The notes beneath the pieces were generated by a model. The model made no database searches. It worked only from the letters and a program-made list of their open reading frames with translations, and had not been told where the DNA came from. A DNA stretch of 64,000 nucleotides from an uncultured Planctomycetales bacterium. Lineage in GTDB: Bacteria; Omnitrophota; Gorgyraeia; Zapsychrales; JANLHA01. Each line of letters opens with the position of its first letter. Within the stretch, counting starts at the first letter, position 1. Made by a program: the position numbers and the translations under genes. The stretch spans positions 11,656-75,655 of the forward strand of contig CAYYRJ010000004.1 in NCBI GenBank assembly GCA_964474085.1, in the 5' to 3' direction. Below, in pieces: positions 27,644-38,007 of this stretch.

Positions 27644-28204
27644 ATGGAAAACATATTTTTTGACTTAAATAAATTAAAATATCGCGGAAAAAACGTTATT
27701 ATCGGAAAAACCGTCCGTATCCGTTATCCGGAATTAGTTTCAATCGGGGATGATTGCGTTATTGACGATTTTACCTACATCTCAACTTCGCTTGAATTAA
27801 AAAATAATATTCACATCAGTGCGGGCTGTAAATTTGTTGGGGGAAGAGAATCATTAGTAACAATCGATGAATATTCAGCGATTGCACCGGGCGTTGTACT
27901 TGCCGCTGGCAGCAATGATTTTACAGGAGGGATTGCAACGCCTTTTGTTTTAAGGGAAGCGATGGCCGATGCAAAAATTGGATATATCCATATCGCCAGG
28001 CACTGTATTTTAGGATCAAATACTGTCGTATTGCCTAATATTACATTTGGTGAAGGAGCATCCGTCGGCGCTCTGTCTTTAGTCAAACACGATCTTATGC
28101 CCTGGACACTCTATGCCGGCGTTCCTGTTAAAAAAATAAAAGCCAGAAAAAAAGAACAAATCTTAGATTTCGAAAAAATTTTGAAAGCAAAAAGCACTGT
28201 CTGA
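27644..28204 (+). CDS. Hexapeptide-repeat (LbH) acyl/acetyltransferase
   Basis: Hexapeptide repeats (IIGKTVRI, SIGDDCVI, ILGSNTVV). Confidence 0.7.
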   Translation: MENIFFDLNKLKYRGKNVIIGKTVRIRYPELVSIGDDCVIDDFTYISTSLELKNNIHISAGCKFVGGRESLVTIDEYSAIAPGVVLAAGSNDFTGGIATPFVLREAMADAKIGYIHIARHCILGSNTVVLPNITFGEGASVGALSLVKHDLMPWTLYAGVPVKKIKARKKEQILDFEKILKAKSTV

Positions 28205-29079
28205 TGATTACAATAAGAATCTTTGGCGGATTAGGCAATCAGCTGTTTCAATATGCTTTTGGGAGATCTCTTGCATTAAAAGAGAAGGCTGATCTTTGCC
28301 TTGATTATTATGACCAGATTATTCGTACAGACTTTGATGGTGAAAATTTAACAAAAATTACAGATGTCTTTGATTTACCAGTAAAACTTTCGATTGGCAA
28401 AACAAGAAAAGATTTTGTCAATCGCTTTCACCTTGGGCATGCCGATCAATTATTTACAAAAATCTACTTAAAAACACGTTACATCATCGATGAAAATTCC
28501 AATGATTATTACGACAAGCAAGTTAAGATCAACAAAGCCGCTTACGTAATGGGGTATTGGCAAAGTGAAGAATATTTTGCAGACATCAAGGAAGTGATCA
28601 AAAAGGAATACAAATTTAAAATTGAAGATCAAATTAGCTCGCTTGATATCTATAAAAAATTAGTCACGACCAATTCCGTCGGTGTCCACATTCGAGGAAA
28701 AGATTATTTAGTCAATCCGATTTATGGCAGATGTGATTTTAGTTATTACTTAAACGCCATCGAGTTAATCCGAAAAACAAATCCTGACTTGAAGGTTTTT
28801 ATTTTTACGGATGACCTTAATTATGTTAATCAAAATTTCCAGCCACTGCTTAAATTCTCTGAAATTGTCAATGTTCAAACAAAATTCAAACAGGACATTT
28901 TAGAACTACTTCTAATGAGCAAGTGCCGTCATAATATTATTTGCAATAGCAGCTTTAGCTGGTGGGGTGCCTGGTTAAATAATAATCCCAACAAAATCAT
29001 TGTTGCTCCACAAAAATGGTTTATCCACCCGGATTATTCGAGCGAAAAATTAATTCCCGCTCAGTGGGTTAAGCTCTAA
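28204..29079 (+). CDS. GT11 alpha-1,2-fucosyltransferase-like glycosyltransferase
   Basis: GGLGNQLFQYAFGRSLA N-terminal motif, diagnostic of the GT11 family (FutC/WbsJ); C-terminal motifs are present too. Confidence 0.8.
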   Translation: MITIRIFGGLGNQLFQYAFGRSLALKEKADLCLDYYDQIIRTDFDGENLTKITDVFDLPVKLSIGKTRKDFVNRFHLGHADQLFTKIYLKTRYIIDENSNDYYDKQVKINKAAYVMGYWQSEEYFADIKEVIKKEYKFKIEDQISSLDIYKKLVTTNSVGVHIRGKDYLVNPIYGRCDFSYYLNAIELIRKTNPDLKVFIFTDDLNYVNQNFQPLLKFSEIVNVQTKFKQDILELLLMSKCRHNIICNSSFSWWGAWLNNNPNKIIVAPQKWFIHPDYSSEKLIPAQWVKL

Positions 29080-29123
29080 TTTTATTTTTTTAACTCAGTG
29101 TCATAAAAGAGGAGTAACTATTT

Positions 29124-29849
29124 ATGATGAAAGCAATAAAGCAGTGGCTAAAAAAAGTGCCTCTCCTAAAAAAAGTTTTTGGAACTTTTGATAATCAAGA
29201 AGCAAGAAACGAATTTGTGATCGAGGCACTAAAAAACATCCAGCCAGGAAAAGTTCTGCTCGACGCTGGGTGTGGGAGTCAAGTCTACAAAAAATACTGC
29301 GACCATCTTGTCTATAAAGCACAGGATTTCGGCCAATTTGAAGTGGACCACACGCCATCGATGTCCGGTTGGAATGAAAAATATCAATACGGTAAAATCG
29401 ATTATCTAGGAGATATTTGGAATATTAATGAAAAAAATGGAACTTTCGACGTGATATTATGCACCGAAGTTTTTGAACATATCCCGTACCCGATTGAAAC
29501 TATCAAGGAATTTTCTCGTTTATTAAAATCCGGCGGGCAACTTATTTTAACAGCGCCAGCAAACTGCTTGCGGCATATGGACCCATATTTCTTTTATGCA
29601 GGTTTTAGCAATCGTTGGTATGAAAAAATCCTCACTGAAAATAAACTCAAAATTGATACGATTATCCCACAAGGGGATTACTTTAGCTGGATGAGAGCCG
29701 AGGTAGGAAGAACCATGTTGACTTCAAATTTTTTAGCCGCGCTTATACTCTATCCGGCATTCTTATTTTTTTCCTTAAAAAACAAGACCGCCGTATCGAC
29801 GGCAACCTTGTGTGAAGGCTACTATATTATCGCGACCAAACAGGAGTAA
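29124..29849 (+). CDS. Class I SAM-dependent methyltransferase
   Basis: VLLDAGCGSQ motif I, 241 aa. RBS aagaggag. Confidence 0.7.
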   Translation: MMKAIKQWLKKVPLLKKVFGTFDNQEARNEFVIEALKNIQPGKVLLDAGCGSQVYKKYCDHLVYKAQDFGQFEVDHTPSMSGWNEKYQYGKIDYLGDIWNINEKNGTFDVILCTEVFEHIPYPIETIKEFSRLLKSGGQLILTAPANCLRHMDPYFFYAGFSNRWYEKILTENKLKIDTIIPQGDYFSWMRAEVGRTMLTSNFLAALILYPAFLFFSLKNKTAVSTATLCEGYYIIATKQE

Positions 29850-30796
29850 TGACAGTGCCATCCAAGAATCATTGTTGCGTTATCGGCGGATGCGGGTTCA
29901 TTGGCCATCATGTTGTTGAGCTTCTTGCCAGACAAAAAAAAGCGATAACCGTAATCGGCAGAAACCCGCACCCGACAAGAAAACTCCCACCCAAAGTTCG
30001 TTATATCGCCGGAGATTATGGTAATCCCAAACTCTTGTCCGAGACTTTTAAAAATGTCGACCAGATCATTGATCTTGCCTACACATCGGTTCCCAAAACA
30101 AGTTTCGATAATCCAGTCAAGGACATTTTGGGCAACTTGCCAGCGTCGGTCAATCTGTTGGAAGTCGCCAGTTTATTTCCCATTAAAAAAATTATTATCG
30201 TGTCTTCCGGCGGTACCATTTACGGAAATGCCGATAACTTGCCTATCAGGGAAGATCATCCGACTAATCCGATTTCGCCTTATGGCATAACCAAACTCGC
30301 TGTTGAAAAATATGCCATGATGTACCATAAAATCAAAGGTTTACCGATTGTCTGTGTCAGGCCCGGCAATGCTTTCGGTGAAGGCCAAAAGCCTTTTGTC
30401 GGACAAGGATTTGTGGCTACGGCGATCGGATCGATATTAGAAAAACGGGAAATCAATATTTTTGGCGGGCATGGCACAATCAGAGATTTTATTTATGTAA
30501 AAGACTTAGCCAGCGCTATCGTCGCAGCTTTAAACTGCCCGTCGGGAGAATGTTATAATATCGGCACTGGTATTGGCCAAAGCAATCAAGCGATTATCGA
30601 AATGCTCGCGTCGATTACGAAATCAAAAGATATTCTTTCACAAATTAAAATCCTGCCGGCAAGAAAGTTCGATGTGGCTGTCAATATCCTCGACAGCTCT
30701 AAACTTCATAAAGAGACCGGCTGGACCCCTAAGGTTTCGCTCGAAAAAGGGCTTAAGCTGACTTGGGAACATTTTAAGAAACACCATAAAGCATGA
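29849..30796 (+). CDS. NAD-dependent nucleotide-sugar epimerase/dehydratase (extended SDR)
   Basis: CVIGGCGFIGHHVVELL Rossmann motif; catalytic YGITK (YxxxK). Confidence 0.75.
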   Translation: MTVPSKNHCCVIGGCGFIGHHVVELLARQKKAITVIGRNPHPTRKLPPKVRYIAGDYGNPKLLSETFKNVDQIIDLAYTSVPKTSFDNPVKDILGNLPASVNLLEVASLFPIKKIIIVSSGGTIYGNADNLPIREDHPTNPISPYGITKLAVEKYAMMYHKIKGLPIVCVRPGNAFGEGQKPFVGQGFVATAIGSILEKREINIFGGHGTIRDFIYVKDLASAIVAALNCPSGECYNIGTGIGQSNQAIIEMLASITKSKDILSQIKILPARKFDVAVNILDSSKLHKETGWTPKVSLEKGLKLTWEHFKKHHKA

Positions 30797-31890
30797 CACA
30801 ACGCACACCAACTGTTACTGTTTTAATGCCCGTTTATAACGGGGCCCGTTTTTTGCGCGAATCGATCGAGTCTATTCTTAACCAGACCTTTAATGATTTT
30901 GAATGTTTAATTATTGACGACGCATCGACAGACACCTCACGCGAGATTATCCGCTCCTTTACCGATCCGCGCATCAAACTTATTGAAAATGCCAACAATT
31001 GCGGACTGGTCAAAACTCTTAATCGCGGCCTTGCTTTGGCCAAAGGCGAATATATCGCCCGTCAGGATCAAGATGATATATCTTATCCGGCAAGGCTTGA
31101 AAAACAGGTGACTTTTCTAAACAGTCATCCGCAAATCGTTCTTCTGGGAACAAATATCCACAACATCGACGAAAATGGCAAAAAAAGTATTTCCTATGGA
31201 TACTCTATCGTAAGCACTCCTGCGGCGATCCACTGGCAGATCATCTTTGACAACCCATTTGTTCATTCATCTGTTATGTTTCGAACAGAAATTATCCGTA
31301 ATTTGGGTGGTTACAATGACCATTTCAATGCGTGTGAAGATTTTGATTTATTCTCACGCGTTTGTTCAAGCTATGGAACTACAAATTTAAACGAAAAAAT
31401 TATCGAGTATCGTTATCACTCGGCTTCTATGATCGCGACCTCCACAAAAGCAAACAATTTACTGATCGGAGAAATATTAAGTAGAAATTATCGCCACACG
31501 CTAAACCTCGACGCCCCGCCAGAGTGGATCGAGCTTTGGCTTACCATTAACAATCCATACAACTTCCAGCAAAGCGTTGATGCAAAAAAATTAGTGCACC
31601 ACATTCAAACAAATTATCGCCAGTTTATTTCCCGTTATCCTGATGCCAAAGATAATGCCGAAATTAAAAGAAACATAACCCACATGCTGATCCGAAGCGC
31701 ATTTAATCTCGCCTTAAAAGACCGCGGCGCATCGCTCTATTGTTTTTATCAAGTTATGAAAAAAGATCTATTATTGTCCTGCTCGATCTTACCAAAATAT
31801 TTTTTCGCACTTGTTTGTGGCTGCCACCGAGCATTGATCTCCCAAAGAATTAAAACTTTTTTTACACGCTTTAGGATCAAATGGACATGA
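30793..31890 (+). CDS. Family 2 glycosyltransferase
   Basis: VTVLMPVYNGARFLRESIESILNQTFNDFECLIIDDASTD. Confidence 0.8.
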   Translation: MTQRTPTVTVLMPVYNGARFLRESIESILNQTFNDFECLIIDDASTDTSREIIRSFTDPRIKLIENANNCGLVKTLNRGLALAKGEYIARQDQDDISYPARLEKQVTFLNSHPQIVLLGTNIHNIDENGKKSISYGYSIVSTPAAIHWQIIFDNPFVHSSVMFRTEIIRNLGGYNDHFNACEDFDLFSRVCSSYGTTNLNEKIIEYRYHSASMIATSTKANNLLIGEILSRNYRHTLNLDAPPEWIELWLTINNPYNFQQSVDAKKLVHHIQTNYRQFISRYPDAKDNAEIKRNITHMLIRSAFNLALKDRGASLYCFYQVMKKDLLLSCSILPKYFFALVCGCHRALISQRIKTFFTRFRIKWT

Positions 31891-32867
31891 AAACTGTAAT
31901 TGTCGACACAATCCGACAAACCGACTATTTATTAAACAGCGCCTATTTAGGATCGATAGGGGAGAAAAAATCGCTGATTATTTTTCTGTTTCACGCTATT
32001 TTTAGAAATACCGACGAGGCCAAGGCGAATGTCATCGAGCCGCCGCAGGGGATGCTTTTAGAGCATTTTTGTCAATTTATTGAATATTATCAAGCCCATC
32101 AGTACACTTTTGTTTCGCCAGAGGATATCCTCAAAGGATTAGACAAGCACAAGAATTATTGTTTAATCGCCTTTGATGATGGGTATTACAACAATGCTTA
32201 TGTTTTGCCTGTTCTAAAAAAATACAAAACGCCCGCTGCCTTTTTTATTTCAACGGATTATGTGAAAAACAATCAGTCGTTTTGGTGGGATGCCTTTTAC
32301 AGACAAAAAAGAAAAACCGGGATAACCGACCAAGCTTTATCCGCAGAAGTCAATTTACTCATGTCATCTAAGAGCAATGAGGCTATCGAACAAAGCATTG
32401 TTGATCAATTCGGCAAAGAAGCGCTTAAGCCCATCGGTGACATTGATCGGCCATTTACACCCCAAGAATTAAAAAATTTTGCAAAAGAAGATTTCGTCTT
32501 TTTGGGCAATCATACCAGCACTCATCCTTATTTACCCAATTGTTCGTCGGATGAAATCCACTCGACAATTCTTGCAGCTCAAAATGATCTTTATGCTATC
32601 GCAGGGATAACGCCCGCGTATATTTCCTATCCGCACGGAGCTTACAATGAAAACGTTATTCAAATAAGCAAAGAAGCCGGTTTAAAACTCGGGATCACGG
32701 TCGATGACCACAAAAATTATCTGCCAATCAATTTTGGGAGTGATGATCCGCTGCGTTTGGGGCGTTTTGCTTTACAGGATAATGACCAATTGATCCGTCA
32801 ATGCCAGTTTTGCCGAACCGACATCCGATTAACGAAAGTCATCAAAAAGTTAATAGGTGTGAAATGA
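31881..32867 (+). CDS. Polysaccharide deacetylase (CE4 family)
   Basis: NodB-type motifs: LIAFDDGY (TFDDG-like), and HTSTHPYL further downstream. Confidence 0.7.
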   Translation: MDMKTVIVDTIRQTDYLLNSAYLGSIGEKKSLIIFLFHAIFRNTDEAKANVIEPPQGMLLEHFCQFIEYYQAHQYTFVSPEDILKGLDKHKNYCLIAFDDGYYNNAYVLPVLKKYKTPAAFFISTDYVKNNQSFWWDAFYRQKRKTGITDQALSAEVNLLMSSKSNEAIEQSIVDQFGKEALKPIGDIDRPFTPQELKNFAKEDFVFLGNHTSTHPYLPNCSSDEIHSTILAAQNDLYAIAGITPAYISYPHGAYNENVIQISKEAGLKLGITVDDHKNYLPINFGSDDPLRLGRFALQDNDQLIRQCQFCRTDIRLTKVIKKLIGVK

Positions 32868-33694
32868 TAAAGATTGTCTGTTTAATTCAAAATAATCCAT
32901 CGCAAGTTTATTTCCTAAACGCTATTAATAAAAAATATAAGATCGCACTGGCTGTCATCGAGTCGCCAGTTACCCGAATGAATTTATTAAAGAAAATCCG
33001 CAGCAAAGGAATACTCGGCAGCCTCGAAGACATCAAGAATCGTCTGTTATACTCGGCAGAAAAACAAAAGCGTAATACCGACGATTTCAATAAACATTTT
33101 GGCAATCAGTGGCAGTCGATTGATAAAAGTATCCCGTTATTAACAACTACTGACGTCAATTCAAAGGAAGTTTATGATCGTTTAACCAATGAAAAACCGG
33201 ATTTGATTCTTGACCATGGAACTTCAATGGTCAAAGATCACATCTTATCTACCGCTTCTTTGGCTTTAAATCTTCATTGGGGATTGTCCCCGTATTATCG
33301 GGGCGCTTACTGTACCGAATGGGCTTTGGTCAATTGGGACCCTTATAATATCGGCGTAACGATACATAAATTAGCCAAAGAAATCGACGGGGGAGATGTT
33401 TTGGCCCAAAAAAGGGTGATCCCAACCCTTGCGGACAATATTTATTCGATCAATATGCAATTAACAAAAGCCGGCGTTGAATTGATTCTTCAGGCCATTG
33501 ACCATATTCAGGCAAGGAAGAACTTGCATTTTAAAAAACAAGATTTTTCCCAAGGCTTTATGACGAGCATCAAACAATGGGACAGAAATATCCTCAAGCA
33601 AGCCCAAAAAATTGAGTCAACCGGGTTACTCAAAGCCATGTTAGAAAAACCAGCCCGCAGCCAACATTTGCCAATAGTTAATTTTAATTCCTAA
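32864..33694 (+). CDS. Sugar N-formyltransferase (Fmt/ArnA-N/WbkC-like formyl_trans_N family)
   Basis: HWGLSPYYRGAY matches the formyltransferase HxSLLPxxRG catalytic motif; N-terminal Rossmann-like fold. Confidence 0.65.
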   Translation: MIKIVCLIQNNPSQVYFLNAINKKYKIALAVIESPVTRMNLLKKIRSKGILGSLEDIKNRLLYSAEKQKRNTDDFNKHFGNQWQSIDKSIPLLTTTDVNSKEVYDRLTNEKPDLILDHGTSMVKDHILSTASLALNLHWGLSPYYRGAYCTEWALVNWDPYNIGVTIHKLAKEIDGGDVLAQKRVIPTLADNIYSINMQLTKAGVELILQAIDHIQARKNLHFKKQDFSQGFMTSIKQWDRNILKQAQKIESTGLLKAMLEKPARSQHLPIVNFNS

Positions 33695-33699
33695 ATAAA

Positions 33700-35040
33700 A
33701 TGGAAGGATTACTCAATAAAATGACACAGTATATTTTAAAAATCTTTAAAACGAAAACTTTCGTTTTATTGCTCTTATTTTTTGTGGCACTAACGTTAAG
33801 ATTCAGTCTTAATATCGCAAGACAAGAGCTACTCTTCCATAAACCTTTTTTTTCCCCAATAGATCACAGCGATGATAGAACTGCTTCAGATGCAGTATGG
33901 TACATTACCGCCGCAAAAGCTTTTTTAAATGGAAAAGGGATACTTAGTATGGATCGGCGGGTTGTAAGTTGGGACCCACAAAATTATTTTTATAACTCAG
34001 GAGCATGGAAACAAATTGATGATAATTATTTCGCTCACAAATTTGTTCCTCCATTATATCCACTATTTCTTGCTTTCTGTTTTTACATAGGGGGATTTCA
34101 TCTTTTTGCTTATTTTATTCCACAAATTATTCTTAGTTCTTTAACTTGTGTTTTCATTTACCTTATTTCTGAAGAAATTTTTAATAAAACGGCTGCGTTC
34201 TTCGCAGGTTTGTCTATGGCTTTTTATCCTGATTTAATTTTTTGGGCCAGTTTCGCGCGCACAGAAACCTTATTTATGTTTTTTCTTGCATTTGGTTTTT
34301 TGCTTTTATTAAAAGGCAATTCCCAAAAGAATTTATTTTTAATTTATTCAAGTGCCATAATTTTTGGACTTGCTTTTTTAACACGGGTTACACTAACTAT
34401 TTTTCTACCCATACTTATACTGTGGCAAGCATTTTCTTTTTCGAATGACAGAAAAGAAAGTTTAAAAGTTGCTATATTAATGGCTTTGATCATTTCTATA
34501 ATTATATTACCGTGGGGTATACGTAATTATACTGTTTTCGGTAAATTTACTGTTTTGAGTGATGAATCTGGACTATTAACAGATTCCATTGAAAATGGAG
34601 AACGTTTTAAGGATGTCCTGATAAATAAAGGATATACCGCTTATGATGGGACAGTCTTAAAAACATTTGTATTTATTAAAGATAATCCAAAGTTATTTTT
34701 GACAAGCTGTGGCCCCCGATTTTTAACTTTTTGGAGCCCATTTACTGATGCTATGAAACCTCTTGCCAAATTATATAAAGGAATTACTTGGCTTATCATT
34801 ATTCCCGCAGCTTTTTGGGGAATGATTATTACGCAAAAAAAATGGAAAAAAGGGACTGAGATTATCGTGATCTTTATTTTTTGTCATGCCTCACTTCATA
34901 TTTTAAGTTTTGTTGATTTCGGTTTAGTATACCGATACCCTATCCAACCTTTCCTTTGCATTTTTGCTGGATATACTTTCTATCAAATTTTTAAACACCT
35001 AAAAATAAGTTGCCTCTACAACTGGACGAAAACTAGCTAG
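33700..35040 (+). CDS. GT39/PMT_2-like (ArnT family) GT-C membrane glycosyltransferase
   Basis: About 11 TM helices; first-loop motif HSDDRTASDAVWYITAAKAFLNG (the DD...Y..A motif of the PMT_2 family). Confidence 0.6.
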   Translation: MEGLLNKMTQYILKIFKTKTFVLLLLFFVALTLRFSLNIARQELLFHKPFFSPIDHSDDRTASDAVWYITAAKAFLNGKGILSMDRRVVSWDPQNYFYNSGAWKQIDDNYFAHKFVPPLYPLFLAFCFYIGGFHLFAYFIPQIILSSLTCVFIYLISEEIFNKTAAFFAGLSMAFYPDLIFWASFARTETLFMFFLAFGFLLLLKGNSQKNLFLIYSSAIIFGLAFLTRVTLTIFLPILILWQAFSFSNDRKESLKVAILMALIISIIILPWGIRNYTVFGKFTVLSDESGLLTDSIENGERFKDVLINKGYTAYDGTVLKTFVFIKDNPKLFLTSCGPRFLTFWSPFTDAMKPLAKLYKGITWLIIIPAAFWGMIITQKKWKKGTEIIVIFIFCHASLHILSFVDFGLVYRYPIQPFLCIFAGYTFYQIFKHLKISCLYNWTKTS

Positions 35041-35041
35041 T

Positions 35042-35998
35042 ATGAAAGATACAACAACCAAATTTTATGATGACTGGTATTCTAAAGGATATATGGACCA
35101 GTGGCCGCAAGAGAAGAAAGAGAGAATTTTTGAACTGATTGTCAGTTTAAATCTCCCAGAGACAGGGGAAATTCTGGATTTTGGTTGCGGCAACGGCGAG
35201 TTTACCGGCGTTCTCAAAAAAGCCCTGCCCAAATGGACAGTCACGGGTGGCGATATCAGCGCAGTTGCTGTTTCCAATGCCAAAAAACGACATCCCGACT
35301 GTCATTTTCTATTATTGTCAGATTTACACTCGATAGACAAAAAATTTGATTTTCTGTTTTCTCATCATGTCTTGGAGCACGTCGACGACATGAAAAAAAT
35401 TTGGCATGATATTGACCAATACTTAAAGGCGCAAGCTCGTTGCCTGCACATTTTGCCTTGCGGCAATATAGGAAGTTTTGAGTACAATTTGTGCCTATTA
35501 AGAAAAGATGGCATCAATAAAGATAGGGGTAACAGTTTTATTTTTGAAGACACGAGTCATTTGCGAAGATTAACTACAGAAGAAATGAACAAATTCGCTA
35601 TGACGCATGGCTTAAAGCTGGTTTGGGGGTATTATAGCCACCAGTTCTATGGCGCCCTCGAGTACGTTACTTCTTTAAGTCCTACCTTGATTTTGGGAAT
35701 GATAAATCCAACCAGAGGCAAAAATATTTTTTCGGGGTTGAAGTTATTGCTTTTGTGTGGGATATTGCAGGTTATTAAATTTTTTCGATTACCAGCTAAC
35801 ATAATCGAATACCGAAAAGGAAAAATAGCCAACTACAAATACTATTGCCTTTTTGTAGTGCTGTTTATATTTTATCCTCTTTCAAAATTGACGAACATTA
35901 GCCTGCAAATGATGGCACGGCGGGAATGGAAGCATCATCGAAACAACGAGAATGGCAGTGAAATGTATTTATATTATAAAAGGAATCTTGCCGCATGA
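35042..35998 (+). CDS. Class I SAM-dependent methyltransferase
   Basis: ILDFGCGNGEF motif I. Confidence 0.7.
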   Translation: MKDTTTKFYDDWYSKGYMDQWPQEKKERIFELIVSLNLPETGEILDFGCGNGEFTGVLKKALPKWTVTGGDISAVAVSNAKKRHPDCHFLLLSDLHSIDKKFDFLFSHHVLEHVDDMKKIWHDIDQYLKAQARCLHILPCGNIGSFEYNLCLLRKDGINKDRGNSFIFEDTSHLRRLTTEEMNKFAMTHGLKLVWGYYSHQFYGALEYVTSLSPTLILGMINPTRGKNIFSGLKLLLLCGILQVIKFFRLPANIIEYRKGKIANYKYYCLFVVLFIFYPLSKLTNISLQMMARREWKHHRNNENGSEMYLYYKRNLAA

Positions 35999-37557
35999 GC
36001 TTTGCCGATAAAATCTCTTCTTTGGCCATTAGATACGAGCAGGCTATTGTGCTGACCGTTGTGCTTTTGGGGCTAATGCTCCGATTGTATGGCCTTACCT
36101 TGCCACTCATTGAAAGCCATCAAGTTCGCCAAGCCCAGACAGCGATGATGACACGAAACCTCTATGAAGATCATCTGGACATATTGCATACCCGTCTTGA
36201 TTTCTTTGGAAATGTTCCAGGCTATATCATTATGGAATTTCCACTGATGCACACGATAACAGCTTTGCTCTACACGTGTTTTGGTGTGCATGAAGTCTTC
36301 GGCCGTTTAGTGAGCATTGCATTCTCTGTTGGCGCAATGTTTCTCTTTTATAAACTAGCCCGTCAATTTTTATCAACTCTTGGCGCTTTGTCTGCACTCA
36401 TTTTGTATACTTTCTCGCCGATGAATATATTCTTTAGCCGGGCTTTTATGCCAGAATCGTCAATGATGTTTTTCATGGTCGGCTCTGTTTATTTTATTTT
36501 AAAATGGCTGGATAAAAAGACACTGACGCTGTATCTGACGGCCATCCTGTTTGCGGCTTTGGCCTGTTTGACAAAACCAACGGCCGGATTAATTTTCATT
36601 CCGATCTTTACCGCCTGGTTTCTTAAATACCAATGGAAATTATGGAGTCGCTTTGATTTTTGGTTTTATATGTTTTTATCCGGCATGCCGACACTGACTT
36701 GGGCTCTCTATGCGCATTTCTTTAATGCGACGATTCCGTATCTCTCTGGAGGGTTTGGCAATTGGCTAGAAATAATAACAAATCGTGGGGGTATTATCGC
36801 GCATTGGGTTGACCCCAAATTTTATAAATTTGTCGGAGGGTCTGTGAGCGTTTTACTTTTGACTCCGCTTGGGTTTATTGGAGCGATAACCGGCGTTTTT
36901 TGCGCCAAAAACGCCAATGGGATAAAAATTTTGTACTCCTGGCTTGGCGCAGTGATTTTATATTTTTATGTGCTTGCTGGAGCTAATAGCGGACATATTT
37001 ATTATCACTTGCCGCTTCTTCCCGTTACCGCGATATTTTTTGGGTTTACCGTACAATGGGTTTTAAACCAACCAGAATTTTTTAAAAAAATGTTTAAAAA
37101 TCAATTGTCCCTTTTACTTACCAGAGTACTTATTTTTATAATCTTGTTTAGTTATGCAGTTGGTTACTATAAATATTTCCAATATATGTACAGCGCAAGA
37201 CTGCCCTATGTTCTCGAGGTTTCTGAAATAATTAAAAAACATACCCCTAATAACCGCTTTATTATTGATAACGGATCCGGGTTATTGACAGCCGTCATTT
37301 CCTACTATTCTAAAAGTCGCGCTAATTTTTTTACAGTGTCCCCCAGTGCCATCGCCGATTTGGAAAATTGGCGCGCACAGGGCGCAACAACATTTGTGAC
37401 GATGGAAACAAACTACGATCCTAAACTCGTCCCGGCACAAATAAAGAACAAAGAATTCTGGAAATATTTGAATGAAACCGCCACACCCATTGCCCTAACA
37501 GAGCATTACCAAATTTTTGATCTTCAAAGACCATTACCAACAGGAGAAAAAAAGTGA
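35995..37557 (+). CDS. ArnT/PMT-like GT-C membrane glycosyltransferase (polyprenyl-phosphate-sugar dependent)
   Basis: Polytopic (about 12 TM) with a large C-terminal periplasmic domain. Architecture and hydrophobicity pattern fit ArnT/GT83-like enzymes. Confidence 0.5.
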   Translation: MSFADKISSLAIRYEQAIVLTVVLLGLMLRLYGLTLPLIESHQVRQAQTAMMTRNLYEDHLDILHTRLDFFGNVPGYIIMEFPLMHTITALLYTCFGVHEVFGRLVSIAFSVGAMFLFYKLARQFLSTLGALSALILYTFSPMNIFFSRAFMPESSMMFFMVGSVYFILKWLDKKTLTLYLTAILFAALACLTKPTAGLIFIPIFTAWFLKYQWKLWSRFDFWFYMFLSGMPTLTWALYAHFFNATIPYLSGGFGNWLEIITNRGGIIAHWVDPKFYKFVGGSVSVLLLTPLGFIGAITGVFCAKNANGIKILYSWLGAVILYFYVLAGANSGHIYYHLPLLPVTAIFFGFTVQWVLNQPEFFKKMFKNQLSLLLTRVLIFIILFSYAVGYYKYFQYMYSARLPYVLEVSEIIKKHTPNNRFIIDNGSGLLTAVISYYSKSRANFFTVSPSAIADLENWRAQGATTFVTMETNYDPKLVPAQIKNKEFWKYLNETATPIALTEHYQIFDLQRPLPTGEKK

Positions 37558-37994
37558 CAACACCAAAATTATTTGAAGGCGGTTTAGGCATCGATGACCG
37601 AGGAGAGGTTGGCTTTGTCAACGATTTTAGTTTTGACAAAGTTAAACGTTTCTATACCGTCTGCAATCATCGATCCGGTTTTATCCGCGCCTGGCATGGC
37701 CACAAAAAAGAAGCCAAATACGTTACCGTAACCCAAGGCGCGGCTTTGATCGGCGCTGTTGAAATCGATGATTGGAATAATCCCTCAAAAGAGAACAAAG
37801 TATTTCGATTTACACTCGCGGCACACAAGCCCTCGGTGCTTTATATTCCTGCCGGATACGCCAACGGGTTTATGTCGCTGACGGCAGAAACAAAACTGAT
37901 GTTCTTTTCAACGTCAACTTTGGAAGAAACCAAGGGCGACGATATTCGTTTTGATGCTTATTATTGGAATCCGTGGCAAGTGATCGAACGTTAA
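37554..37994 (+). CDS. Cupin-fold NDP-4-keto-6-deoxyhexose 3,4-ketoisomerase (FdtA/QdtA, WxcM-like C-terminal domain)
   Basis: About 146-aa cupin with RAWHGHKK...YVTV and YIPAGYANGF motifs typical of FdtA-family isomerases. Confidence 0.6.
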   Translation: MTTPKLFEGGLGIDDRGEVGFVNDFSFDKVKRFYTVCNHRSGFIRAWHGHKKEAKYVTVTQGAALIGAVEIDDWNNPSKENKVFRFTLAAHKPSVLYIPAGYANGFMSLTAETKLMFFSTSTLEETKGDDIRFDAYYWNPWQVIER

Positions 37995-38007
37995 AAAACA
38001 GGAGGCC

